A program made the position numbers and the translations under genes. Under the pieces are notes generated by a model. The model saw nothing but the letters and a program-made list of their open reading frames with translations, was not told the DNA's origin and ran no database searches. Positions 1-8,223 of a stretch of 20,000 bases of DNA are shown one piece after another (within the stretch, counting starts at the first letter, position 1; the number at the start of each line of letters is the position of its first letter). Source of the DNA: an uncultured virus (IMG/VR IMGVR_UViG_3300044655_001909) (taxonomy: Duplodnaviria; Heunggongvirae; Uroviricota; Caudoviricetes); the IMG/VR virus record IMGVR_UViG_3300044655_001909; one strand, 5' to 3'.

Positions 1-165
1 TACAGTAGTTACAACAATATTATAAGGGTTCATATTGACTTCTTTTATATCAGAGAAAGCAATACATTCTATTCCAGCATCATTGGCACCTATGGCTGCA
101 TCCGAACAAAAGTTATCGAACGGTACTCCATTTTCGTCTACTCTATAATATAATTTTGGTTTCAT
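1..165 (-). CDS. 5' part of a protein running off the window edge (MKPKLYYRVDENGVPFDNFCSDAAIGANDAGIECIAF...); possibly the N-terminus of an ATP-grasp-like protein
   Basis: Own translation: ATG at 165 overlaps the TGA of the upstream gene (ATGA) and the frame is open to base 1. The family guess rests on weak resemblance only. Confidence 0.6.
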   Translation of the reverse strand, partial: MKPKLYYRVDENGVPFDNFCSDAAIGANDAGIECIAFSDIKEVNMNPYNIVVTTV

Positions 166-368
166 TTTAGTATTTCATTTATTTTATCTTCTCTACGTTT
201 TGCAATTTCTTTATCACATTGAATTATATAAGCTTCCCACATACCATTTTCTTGATATGCACTATCTAGTGTATTTTTAAGTTCAACTAAATCCCAGAAA
301 GGTAATGTTTCTATTAGAGAAACTCTTTCAACTGGTGATAAACTAGAAAAGTGTAGTATATTCTTCAT
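162..368 (-). CDS. small hypothetical protein with C-terminal motif RREDKINEILK
   Basis: ORF track 162..383. ATG at 368 preferred because the TTG at 383 lies inside the promoter box. Confidence 0.75.
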   Translation of the reverse strand: MKNILHFSSLSPVERVSLIETLPFWDLVELKNTLDSAYQENGMWEAYIIQCDKEIAKRREDKINEILK

Positions 369-380
369 AATTATTATATG

Positions 381-388
381 CAAATATA
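381..388 (-). promoter_or_regulatory. Bacteroidota-type -7 promoter box TATATTTG
   Basis: caaatata on + is TAnnTTTG on -, just upstream of ATG 368 and divergent from the box at 425-432. Confidence 0.6.
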
Positions 389-424
389 TGTAAAAATATT
401 TAATCTATTTAAAATTATTTTTAT

Positions 425-432
425 TATATTTG
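425..432 (+). promoter_or_regulatory. Bacteroidota-type -7 promoter box TATATTTG
   Basis: Matches TAnnTTTG; ATG follows after only 4 nt (437). Confidence 0.6.
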
Positions 433-436
433 CTAT

Positions 437-772
437 ATGAAAACATTTACTCACACATTTGAAATTTCTGACGAAGCTTATGTGCTTTTACTTTCTATTC
501 AAAAAGAAGGTTACGCAGAGTATAGAGATACTCGTTGGGAATCATTAGAAGATTTTCGTGCAGATGATGAAACAGGGTTTCGTTCAGAGGATAGTTTTTT
601 AAAACGTAATCACGGTGGTACTTACTACCTAACTTCAGAACTATTAAAATACAATCTAATAGATCATGTTGAAGATTCTTGGCACATAACTTATGAGCTA
701 ACTGATTTTGCTAAAGAAATGTTATCATTACAAAATCTCAGAAATGGAAAACTTATTGAACTTTTAAAATAA
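437..772 (+). CDS. hypothetical protein with C-terminal motif LRNGKLIELLK
   Basis: 111-aa ORF directly after a promoter box. Confidence 0.8.
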   Translation: MKTFTHTFEISDEAYVLLLSIQKEGYAEYRDTRWESLEDFRADDETGFRSEDSFLKRNHGGTYYLTSELLKYNLIDHVEDSWHITYELTDFAKEMLSLQNLRNGKLIELLK

Positions 773-777
773 TATAT

Positions 778-978
778 ATGAAACTAAACATTGGTGACTT
801 AGTTATCTTGAAATCAAATCCATTTGAAGTAGGAGAATTTCTTATGTGTGGTGAGAAGTTGATTGTAGATATAAAAGATACTTCTGATCTAACTGGAGAA
901 ACTTCAAGCTTATGGGTTATGATAGAAGGTTATAATGATTGGATAGATAGCACTTGGTTTACAAAAAAAAATAATTAA
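778..978 (+). CDS. small hypothetical protein (SH3/KOW-like start, LNIGDLV)
   Basis: 66-aa ORF tightly packed in an operon. Confidence 0.75.
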   Translation: MKLNIGDLVILKSNPFEVGEFLMCGEKLIVDIKDTSDLTGETSSLWVMIEGYNDWIDSTWFTKKNN

Positions 979-979
979 T

Positions 980-1321
980 ATGGGATTAACAAAGGCATTA
1001 AATAATAGAATACTTTATCATTTACATTTAGAACCAGATGGTAACACCAACTTCAAACATTGTTACGAAGGTTTCATAAGTAAAACCCAACCTTGTTATG
1101 AAGAAATAATACGTTATCATAAAGAACAAACTGGTAATGATCGATTAGATGCAGTCGTTAGATTGGCAACACCACTTTATATTAAAATACATACGGATAA
1201 CAACATTATGTTTACTTTATCATTAAATGATAGAGAATTATGTTTCTTAGGTGAATTAGACTTGAATGCAATATTCAGAACAGAAATTAGAGAATATAAT
1301 ATCGATTATATTTTTGGATAA
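980..1321 (+). CDS. hypothetical protein with degenerate C-terminal motif IREYNIDYIFG
   Basis: 113-aa ORF, 1 nt after the previous stop. Confidence 0.75.
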   Translation: MGLTKALNNRILYHLHLEPDGNTNFKHCYEGFISKTQPCYEEIIRYHKEQTGNDRLDAVVRLATPLYIKIHTDNNIMFTLSLNDRELCFLGELDLNAIFRTEIREYNIDYIFG

Positions 1322-1344
1322 TTTTCAAATATGTCGTATATTTG
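1313..1344 (+). promoter_or_regulatory. Bacteroidota-type promoter: -33 TTTG (1313-1316) and -7 TATATTTG (1337-1344)
   Basis: Both elements present with a 20-nt spacer, upstream of ATG 1369. Confidence 0.7.
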
Positions 1345-1368
1345 TATTAGAAATTTAATATATAATTT

Positions 1369-1668
1369 ATGATTGATTTTACTGAATACAAGTACGGTAC
1401 AAAGCTAAATATGACACTATCTGATGATAATTCAGATGTTCATGTTGCTGCTATTATTGAAGAGATCGAGTGGTCTCCTAACAGATTACCTTTTCTAGTA
1501 CACATTAGATTAGATGAAAGTGAAGATACTTCTAAATGGCCAAACAAATCTAAAATTGTTTTAGAAGTGAAGTGTGATGAAGATAAAGAACAAATGTTTC
1601 TTTTAGATTGTCCTGCACAATTAGGAAGAAAAACTTTACGTTGCAAAGCAAAAATACATTTAAACTAA
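1369..1668 (+). CDS. hypothetical protein
   Basis: 99-aa ORF between a promoter and a terminator. Confidence 0.75.
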   Translation: MIDFTEYKYGTKLNMTLSDDNSDVHVAAIIEEIEWSPNRLPFLVHIRLDESEDTSKWPNKSKIVLEVKCDEDKEQMFLLDCPAQLGRKTLRCKAKIHLN

Positions 1669-1739
1669 AATAAGTTCTAAATAGGATTAAAGTCTGAGAG
1701 GTCGAAAGACAGGACATATATCTGGTACAGTTTAGACAC

Positions 1740-1768
1740 AAAAAAGAGAGCAATTGCTCTCTTTTTTT
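1740..1768 (+). terminator. intrinsic terminator, likely bidirectional
   Basis: Perfect 28-nt palindrome AAAAAAGAGAGCAATTGCTCTCTTTTTT (1740-1767) with A- and T-tracts. Confidence 0.85.
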
Positions 1769-1796
1769 ATTTTATTACGTTTTTGTTTATAAAACT

Positions 1797-1805
1797 TAAT
1801 ATATA
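1797..1805 (+). promoter_or_regulatory. putative phage late-type promoter TAATATATA
   Basis: TAATATATACAATATG here is identical to the reverse complement of 4770-4785 and differs by one base from that at 19759-19774. Confidence 0.55.
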
Positions 1806-1809
1806 CAAT

Positions 1810-3084
1810 ATGAAATTAAATGAAGCAAAATATAGAAGCCCTAAGTGGTTAAGAAACTATGTTGACTTTGAAGTTAATACAGGTGACGATATTAAAGGTG
1901 AACCTTCTAAAAGAAAGGCCGCTAAACTTGAAAAAGAAAGACAAGACAAACTTAAAGCCGAAAGACTTAAAAAACAAGCAGAAGAAGAGAAAGAGAGAGC
2001 TCGTCAAGCTATGTATGATGAGTGGAAAAAAGAAGCTAAGAAAAAATCAGAACAAGATCAAATTGAAAGAGAACTTAATACCCTTTACCAATCGATGATT
2101 TCTGACTTTAGTGCTAATCGTTATTCAGATAAGATTTCTACACCACAAAGAAATGGTAAAACTGCTTGTTACTATACATTTGAAAATGGTAAAGTTCTAA
2201 AGATATATAAAAATACAACTGATGCTAGATTTTGTGTAGAATGGGAAAGTACTATCTATACAATTGGTTTAGAATGGACAAATAAATTCATAGGTTTATG
2301 TAATGAAATGATTAAAAAAGGTGGTCCTAGACCAAAAAGATCTGGTTATGATAGATATGATAGTTATGGTAAAGGTTCTAGTCAAAGTTCAGGTAGTTCA
2401 GGATATAAACAAAGTTCTTCTTCTGGACAAAGAAAAGCAGATAATACACCACCAAAATGGAGAGATCATCCAAAAGGTGGAATGTATCAAACTTTAAAAG
2501 ATACGGTTAAGTTAAGAGAAGAACAATTAAAGAAAGCAACTGGTTCAGATAAAGAAGCACTTCAGAACGAGTTAACCGCAGCTAAGAGAATGTTAGACAA
2601 TCTTAATAAAAAATATAACTTTGAAAGTAATATACAAAACTTTATTCAATTCAATCAAATCTTTGAGAAAAGTAAATTTGTTGATACTGATGAGTTTAAT
2701 GATTTATTAGATAAGATTAATGACGGTGGTATAACATCTTTAACTGATATAGAAAAGAAAAGATTAGACCTATTCTCAATGGATGATGAACCTATCTTAG
2801 ATGTAATTGAAAGAATGGGAGATTTAACTGCTCAATTTAAAATTATAAATAAAAAGTTAAAAGACTTACAAAGTCAAGGTAGAATAGTAGATGCAAAAAA
2901 CTTATTTAGAGATGAATGGGGACCTTTAAATGATGAAATGACAAAACTTGAGAGAATAATTCAAGAATATGGTATTGACTTAGGGGATGAAACATTTATG
3001 TCAATGATGAATAAACACAGAGCTGATGTTTATGGATATGATCCTGATAACGAAGGTGATGATAAATTAGAGATGGATATGTAA
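1810..3084 (+). CDS. multi-segment hypothetical protein: charged coiled coil, Ser/Gly linker, and a DUF6576-like motif (LLDKINDGGITSLTDIEKKRL); putative virion internal protein
   Basis: ORF track 1783..3084. ATG at 1810 (MKLNEA) follows the TAATATATA motif; internal leader-like segment KYNFESNIQNFIQFNQIFE. Confidence 0.8.
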   Translation: MKLNEAKYRSPKWLRNYVDFEVNTGDDIKGEPSKRKAAKLEKERQDKLKAERLKKQAEEEKERARQAMYDEWKKEAKKKSEQDQIERELNTLYQSMISDFSANRYSDKISTPQRNGKTACYYTFENGKVLKIYKNTTDARFCVEWESTIYTIGLEWTNKFIGLCNEMIKKGGPRPKRSGYDRYDSYGKGSSQSSGSSGYKQSSSSGQRKADNTPPKWRDHPKGGMYQTLKDTVKLREEQLKKATGSDKEALQNELTAAKRMLDNLNKKYNFESNIQNFIQFNQIFEKSKFVDTDEFNDLLDKINDGGITSLTDIEKKRLDLFSMDDEPILDVIERMGDLTAQFKIINKKLKDLQSQGRIVDAKNLFRDEWGPLNDEMTKLERIIQEYGIDLGDETFMSMMNKHRADVYGYDPDNEGDDKLEMDM

Positions 3085-3085
3085 T

Positions 3086-3568
3086 ATGAAATATGTAAAA
3101 ACATTTGAATCTTTAAAAGAAGATAAAGAAGAATTAGAACAATTAAGAGAAACAATCAAAATGATTTTTGTTGATTTAATTGATGAAGGATTTTCTACAC
3201 AAATACTAACATCACAAAGAGAAAAGGTAGAAGGACTTCAATATAGTGCTCGTCAAGGTAAAGCAGATAAGTATAGTAAGTGTAATGTTGTTTATGTTAG
3301 GTTAGTAAGATTTAAAGATAACGATGATGAGACATCTTTCCGTGTACATAATAACAGATCAGAAATCTATAGACACAAAATAACTGATTGTTTTCACACT
3401 TTACTATCAATTTTAGATAGAAAATGGGGTGGTGCTAAATTAGAGAAAATAGTTAGAGAAGATGCAATTACATCAGATGATACTTACTTTCATAATATAG
3501 ATGAAGAAAAAATATGGAGTAGAGACTTTATATCAATTGCAATTACAATAGTAAAAAAAGATTTATAA
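3086..3568 (+). CDS. leader-bearing protein (MKYVKTFES), distant relative of the array family (FVDLIDEGF)
   Basis: Shares the N-terminal leader and the xLxDEGF motif with the 8213-15279 paralogs. Confidence 0.8.
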   Translation: MKYVKTFESLKEDKEELEQLRETIKMIFVDLIDEGFSTQILTSQREKVEGLQYSARQGKADKYSKCNVVYVRLVRFKDNDDETSFRVHNNRSEIYRHKITDCFHTLLSILDRKWGGAKLEKIVREDAITSDDTYFHNIDEEKIWSRDFISIAITIVKKDL

Positions 3569-3963
3569 TGAGATACTTAAAACTATTTGAAGGTGGTATA
3601 AACCAAGATATAATTGATAAAGATTATATTGAAATGTGTTTCGTTGATTTTATTGATGAAGGTAACTTCCGTTTATATTTAGGATATGATAAAAAAACAT
3701 GTTCAATTACTATTAATCGTGAATCTATCTCTAACCGTGATAAAAGAGGTACAATAAAGGATTTTAAAGAAAGATCTAAACTAAACTATGAACTATTTGA
3801 TAAAATAGAAGAGTGTCTACCAAAAGTTAAGCTTCAATACCCTTACATGCAATATAAAATACATGACCATTCTGGGGCAGATGAAGAGGAGATTAGAGTA
3901 GATTTAGCACTAGATACTGCAGCTTCAGTAATTCGTGAACCACGAATTTGGTTTCCACTTTAA
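3568..3963 (+). CDS. leader-bearing protein (MRYLKLFEG), distant relative of the array family (FVDFIDEGNF)
   Basis: TAATG overlap with the previous gene; shared motifs. Confidence 0.8.
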   Translation: MRYLKLFEGGINQDIIDKDYIEMCFVDFIDEGNFRLYLGYDKKTCSITINRESISNRDKRGTIKDFKERSKLNYELFDKIEECLPKVKLQYPYMQYKIHDHSGADEEEIRVDLALDTAASVIREPRIWFPL

Positions 3964-4772
3964 ATAAAATCATATAACCATTTATATCCACGTGCGGTTT
4001 TAGTTATACCACAAGCACACATTGTTATATTACCAGTGCTACAACCTAGTTCTAACGCAGCAATCTTAGCACATTCCCAAGTTTTTATAAAATCACCATC
4101 TAATGTATATTGATGTACCTGTTTTCTCTGTTTGGAAATAAAACCGGTTTTACCTGTATTCCAACTCTTGTTTCCTTTTTTCCATCTTGTAGATAATCCA
4201 CTCTTGATCACACTATTATTTATATTGGCATTTTCTATAATAGTATTAAGTTCGTCTTTAGTAATAATACTATATACTTTCTCATATAACCAAATATAAC
4301 CACCAGATGTTTTTCTTTTACCAATTAAAACATTATATATTCTTTTACCACAAAACTCTCTACCTTCTTTTATGGAATTAAAAGTATTTACATACTCACC
4401 ACTTTTTGTTAAACAAACTACCTTTACTGGTGGTTTTCCCTTTAAACTACCACTATTACCAAAGGTTGCTCCATTTCCACCACCACATATATTAAATAAT
4501 TTAATACCATTTTCTTTAAATTGTCTAACATAAAACTTTTCTTTAGTCTTCCACTCAGCAACATCTACTTCTTCAATAATCTCTAATATAGGCAAAAGAC
4601 CCTGATCTAATAAACTTTTAATCCATACATTTTTAGCAGTGTTATCTCCTGTATTTGTATCACCTAAACTTTTATGTTTTCTAAATCTACCTTTAGGGTC
4701 ATTTGCCTTACCAACGTATTTCACTTGTCCATCTAGTGGACAAACCAGTGAATAAATAAATGTTTTCTTCAT
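3960..4772 (-). CDS. free-standing GIY-YIG homing endonuclease with two NUMOD1/IENR1-like DNA-binding repeats
   Basis: FIYSL...KYVGKA...RFRKH and conserved E (KTKEKFYV). Repeats KVVCLTKSGEYVNTFNSIKE...GGYIWLY and QVHQYTLDGDFIKTWECAK...RGYKWLY. Confidence 0.88.
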   Translation of the reverse strand: MKKTFIYSLVCPLDGQVKYVGKANDPKGRFRKHKSLGDTNTGDNTAKNVWIKSLLDQGLLPILEIIEEVDVAEWKTKEKFYVRQFKENGIKLFNICGGGNGATFGNSGSLKGKPPVKVVCLTKSGEYVNTFNSIKEGREFCGKRIYNVLIGKRKTSGGYIWLYEKVYSIITKDELNTIIENANINNSVIKSGLSTRWKKGNKSWNTGKTGFISKQRKQVHQYTLDGDFIKTWECAKIAALELGCSTGNITMCACGITKTARGYKWLYDFI

Positions 4773-4776
4773 ATTG

Positions 4777-4785
4777 TATATATTA
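4777..4785 (-). promoter_or_regulatory. putative late-type promoter TAATATATA
   Basis: 4 nt upstream of ATG 4772, same context as 1797-1812. Confidence 0.55.
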
Positions 4786-4827
4786 AAAATAATCCACCCT
4801 CTCCTGTGATTATTAGTATTTTTTTAT

Positions 4828-4835
4828 TATCTTTG
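4828..4835 (+). promoter_or_regulatory. Bacteroidota-type -7 box TATCTTTG
   Basis: TAnnTTTG upstream of an A-rich leader and ATG 4854. Confidence 0.65.
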
Positions 4836-4853
4836 TAAAACAAATAAAAAAAT

Positions 4854-5576
4854 ATGACAAAAGAGATAAACCCCGTAGAAACTACAGTAGCGACCAATTT
4901 TACAATTAATCAAAAGTTTAATTTCTTAGATAGTTTGACTACAATGGTAGTTGAAAATGTCACTCCATCTATCTTGGTTTTAGGATCTGGTGGCCTAGGA
5001 AAAACTCACTCTGTTACTACAACAATACAAGACAACAACTTAGAAGAGAAAGATTATATATTCATCAAAGGTTATTCAACCGCGAGAGGACTTTATAATA
5101 CTTTATACGATAATAATGGTAAACTAATCATCTTTGACGACTGTGACTCAGTTTTAGATGATAGAGTAGCAATAAACATCTTAAAGTCAGCACTTGACTC
5201 ATACGAAACAAGAACAATCACTTGGTCTGCACGTATGAATAAAGCTGATGTTTATCCACAATCGTTTAACTTTACTGGTAGAATAATCTTTATCTCTAAC
5301 AAAGATAAAGCAAAAATTGACGGAGCAATCTTATCAAGAAGTTTAACTGTTGATTTAAGTATGACACCAGACGAGAAAATACAAAGAATGGAATATATCT
5401 TACCTAACATCTTACCTGACTACGAGTTAGAAGTAAAGAAAGATGCACTTGGTTTCTTATCAAAGAATAAAGAAAGTGATAACTTGAACCTTAGAACATT
5501 AATAATGATTTCTAAAATCAGACATTCTTACGAAGATAGTTGGGAAAACTTAGCAACTTATATGATTAATTCATAA
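4854..5576 (+). CDS. P-loop (AAA+-like) ATPase
   Basis: Walker A GSGGLGKT, Walker B LIIFDDCD, sensor-like IIFISN, arginine-finger-like AILSRS. Confidence 0.85.
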   Translation: MTKEINPVETTVATNFTINQKFNFLDSLTTMVVENVTPSILVLGSGGLGKTHSVTTTIQDNNLEEKDYIFIKGYSTARGLYNTLYDNNGKLIIFDDCDSVLDDRVAINILKSALDSYETRTITWSARMNKADVYPQSFNFTGRIIFISNKDKAKIDGAILSRSLTVDLSMTPDEKIQRMEYILPNILPDYELEVKKDALGFLSKNKESDNLNLRTLIMISKIRHSYEDSWENLATYMINS

Positions 5577-5577
5577 T

Positions 5578-5823
5578 ATGACAAAACGAGAGGCATATAA
5601 AACCTTTACCGTTGAATGTATCGACGACTTTTATGATACGCTTACCTTAGGTAAGTTGTATCAAGTCGGTATTTATGATATAATAGAACAAGGTTCTCCC
5701 GAAGAAAGTTATATTATTGAAAATGATTTAGGTTATACAGAATGTTTTTATAGTGATAGTTTCAAAATTGTAAACAAAGCTGAAGAACGTGATATAAAGT
5801 TAAAGGAATTATTCAATGAATAG
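5578..5823 (+). CDS. small beta-rich protein (VECID...LTLGKLY...DLG family) with C-terminal motif ERDIKLKELF
   Basis: 81-aa ORF, similar to 6106..6318. Confidence 0.8.
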   Translation: MTKREAYKTFTVECIDDFYDTLTLGKLYQVGIYDIIEQGSPEESYIIENDLGYTECFYSDSFKIVNKAEERDIKLKELFNE

Positions 5824-6109
5824 AAATTATAAACTAGAACGATTACAAAACGGAGAAACCTTTGTCACTAAAGAGACCGGTAACTCTATGGTTCCACTAA
5901 TCAAATCTAAACAAGAACACGTTCTATCTCCTGTACTTATTGAAGATGTAGTACCAGGTGACATCGTTTATTGTAAAGTAAAAGGTAACTGGTATACTCA
6001 CTTAGTTAAAGCAATTGACCCTTTAAAAGGTTGTTTGATTGGTAATAACAAAGGTAATATAAATGGTTGGACGAAACAAGTTTATGGGAAAGTAATAGAG
6101 GTTTTATGA
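5816..6109 (+). CDS. S24/S26 peptidase-like protein
   Basis: GNSMVPLI catalytic-Ser motif, GDIVY, THLV (His at the general-base position), GNN. Confidence 0.65.
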   Translation: MNRNYKLERLQNGETFVTKETGNSMVPLIKSKQEHVLSPVLIEDVVPGDIVYCKVKGNWYTHLVKAIDPLKGCLIGNNKGNINGWTKQVYGKVIEVL

Positions 6110-6318
6110 GAGTAAAGTGTATTAAATACTATGGTAATTTGACTAAGTCACATGGACTGACATTAAATACTTATTATCAATTAACTGATATAGATAAACA
6201 CGGCTATCGAGTAATTGACGACTTAGGCAGAAATTACTGGTTTACTAAAGAATGTTTTGAACCAATAGAAGAAGCAAGAGATAACATATTAAATGAATTA
6301 CTAAATGATATTTTTTAA
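6106..6318 (+). CDS. small beta-rich protein (VKCIK...LTLNTYY...DDLG family) with C-terminal motif ARDNILNELL
   Basis: ATG 6106 in an ATGA overlap, preferred to the TTG at 6067. Confidence 0.8.
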   Translation: MRVKCIKYYGNLTKSHGLTLNTYYQLTDIDKHGYRVIDDLGRNYWFTKECFEPIEEARDNILNELLNDIF

Positions 6319-6625
6319 TGATACCGGAGAAATGATTGATGTTCTTATAGAGAACACTGCATTTAAACCTACACTATATACTAAAGTTGGTGAGTTCTTA
6401 GCTCAAGATATATTTGATATTCTTATAGAAGAAAAAACAGGTTTGAATGATTATGATAATATAAAGATAACAAGAATTATTGAAATATTATGTAAAAAAG
6501 TTAAATACTATCAAGTACATATATCTTGTACTCATAATGGATTTATGGTAGGTGGATCAGAACATATTGAAGATTTACCTCAAAAGATTAGACAAAGAAA
6601 ATTAGAAAAGATTTTAAACCAGTGA
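6305..6625 (+). CDS. hypothetical protein with C-terminal motif IRQRKLEKIL
   Basis: 106-aa ORF overlapping the previous gene. Confidence 0.75.
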   Translation: MIFFNDTGEMIDVLIENTAFKPTLYTKVGEFLAQDIFDILIEEKTGLNDYDNIKITRIIEILCKKVKYYQVHISCTHNGFMVGGSEHIEDLPQKIRQRKLEKILNQ

Positions 6626-7276
6626 TAAACCATTAATATTACCGATACTACCAGAATTAACACCATTGATTTTACCATATGTTGATACACCATCTGGTGC
6701 AATAGAAATAGGTGCCACATATTCTAAATAAGGGCGGAGTGCCAATGAACCCGTATTATACCAGTAAGTTAATTGATTAAAAGAACTAGGAGTTACATTC
6801 ATAAAATCATATGTATAATCTATCACTGCTAAACTAAGCTCACCATTAAGTACCGCATCAGATATAGCAGTAGAGTTTAATGATATTGTATACAAACCAT
6901 TTGCAGGAGTATATACTTCAGAATTACTATAATTACTTGCGGTATAACCATTGAAAAGATTAAAGTGACTTGTATTTAGGTTCTCTGCATTTGTTTTTAA
7001 TGATTTTAATGCTATAACAGAAGTAGTTCCTGTAGTATAATTAACATTTATTTTTAAATCTAATGATGTAATAGTTAATCCACTTAACACAGAAGTGTCA
7101 AATGATAAATATGTCCTATCCATTTCTAGAAATCCTCCACCTCCATTAACAGCCTTTAGTTGAGCAGAGGAATTACTAACAATTAAAGCGGTATATGAAG
7201 ATCTAAGTGTAGACCAGTTAGAGTTGTATTGTATTAAAGTTCCACCGTTTGTTTGATTAGCCAAAATTGTTCCCAT
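6614..7276 (-). CDS. N/S/T/G-rich beta-sandwich protein, putative virion structural or carbohydrate-binding protein (DNRLRE/CBM-like pattern)
   Basis: RTYLSFDTS...ITSLDLKI...RPYLEY pattern, low charge, preceded by TTATATATA (7281-7289 on -). Confidence 0.55.
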   Translation of the reverse strand: MGTILANQTNGGTLIQYNSNWSTLRSSYTALIVSNSSAQLKAVNGGGGFLEMDRTYLSFDTSVLSGLTITSLDLKINVNYTTGTTSVIALKSLKTNAENLNTSHFNLFNGYTASNYSNSEVYTPANGLYTISLNSTAISDAVLNGELSLAVIDYTYDFMNVTPSSFNQLTYWYNTGSLALRPYLEYVAPISIAPDGVSTYGKINGVNSGSIGNINGLSLV

Positions 7277-7407
7277 ATATTATATATAAAGTTATCGAAA
7301 CGATAATAAAATCAAAATGTCGATGGCCGACATTTATATATTTATTAGTTATATATCATGATGTTACATGTTTTTGAAATTACTAAACTTATTTAAAATA
7401 AATTATA

Positions 7408-7415
7408 TATCTTTG
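7408..7415 (+). promoter_or_regulatory. Bacteroidota-type -7 box TATCTTTG
   Basis: TAnnTTTG immediately before ATG 7417. Confidence 0.55.
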
Positions 7416-7416
7416 T

Positions 7417-7602
7417 ATGATAATAACTTGTATAAAAAATTGTTGGGTCGGTAGATACTACCGAATAGGTGACAGCATAAACATCACAGAAAGACAATTC
7501 CTCAGTGAACACTACGTTCATAACGGACATATGTTTCCTAAAGAAAAGTTCCTAACAATCGAAGAATTAAGAGATTACAAAATTAAAAAAATATGCGAAT
7601 AG
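7417..7602 (+). CDS. small protein (ITCIK family) with C-terminal motif LRDYKIKKIC
   Basis: 61-aa ORF with shared N- and C-terminal motifs. Confidence 0.75.
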   Translation: MIITCIKNCWVGRYYRIGDSINITERQFLSEHYVHNGHMFPKEKFLTIEELRDYKIKKICE

Positions 7603-8009
7603 TATTCACGGATATCGACGGTGTTCTTAATCCACATTGGAAAACAAAGTGGAGTAAGATAGCTATTGACCAATATAACAAGGTTTGTAGAGACTTTGAC
7701 CTAACTCCTGTAATAACTTCTACCTGGCGACTAAATCACACCTTAGAAGAGCTACAAGAGATTTTTACTAAACAAGGTATAACAACTCCAATTTATGATT
7801 TTACACCTCATATAGATCAAGCTGATAGAGGAATAGAAATAAAAGAATGGTTGAATAATAATGCTGTTGATAACTTTGTTATCATAGATGATAAAACTTC
7901 AGACATAGAACGACATATAAATAATGTGGTAAAGTGTCGAAGTTGGATTGGTTTATCACCAGACGAATATAATGAAATTAAAAATATATTAGATGAAAGT
8001 AATTTGTAA
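7593..8009 (+). CDS. HAD-superfamily hydrolase (HAD_SAK_2 / Swiss-Army-knife RNA-repair-like)
   Basis: IVFTDIDGVLN motif I, VITSTWR motif II, RGIEIKEWL, FVIIDD motif IV. Confidence 0.85.
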   Translation: MRIVFTDIDGVLNPHWKTKWSKIAIDQYNKVCRDFDLTPVITSTWRLNHTLEELQEIFTKQGITTPIYDFTPHIDQADRGIEIKEWLNNNAVDNFVIIDDKTSDIERHINNVVKCRSWIGLSPDEYNEIKNILDESNL

Positions 8010-8223
8010 CATAGGATATGAAGCTACTCACAAATGTGAGACTGGACCCGTTAGAATTATCTTTGAAAAAGGTAAAGTTTATGATACGTTATCAGAGTAT
8101 GATAATTGTTATTTATTTTTAATAAATCACGACATTTATATTATAAAGAAACTTTACTTTCTAACACTTGAAGAAGTGGCTAAGAGAAAGAAGTTCTCAT
8201 TTAATCAACAGTTTAGGGGTTAA
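7993..8223 (+). CDS. small beta-rich protein (MKVIC...FEKGKVY...FLTLEE family)
   Basis: 76-aa ORF resembling 5578, 6106 and 7417. Confidence 0.7.
   Translation: MKVICNIGYEATHKCETGPVRIIFEKGKVYDTLSEYDNCYLFLINHDIYIIKKLYFLTLEEVAKRKKFSFNQQFRG

Noticed and set aside
1694..1715. Hammerhead ribozyme (CTGAGAG...GAAA)
   Set aside because: The core is not CUGANGA, and GAAA sits in a hairpin loop rather than at the three-way junction.
1440..1753. Minus-strand ORFs 1440..1646 and 1550..1753
   Set aside because: Antisense shadows of 1369..1668, which has its own promoter and terminator.
1859..2098. 79-aa Lys/Leu-rich ORF
   Set aside because: Out-of-frame shadow inside the A-rich coiled-coil region of 1810..3084.
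3960..4772. Group I intron around the GIY-YIG gene
   Set aside because: The gene is antisense to complete flanking ORFs, has its own promoter motif, and there is no flanking space for intron core structure.
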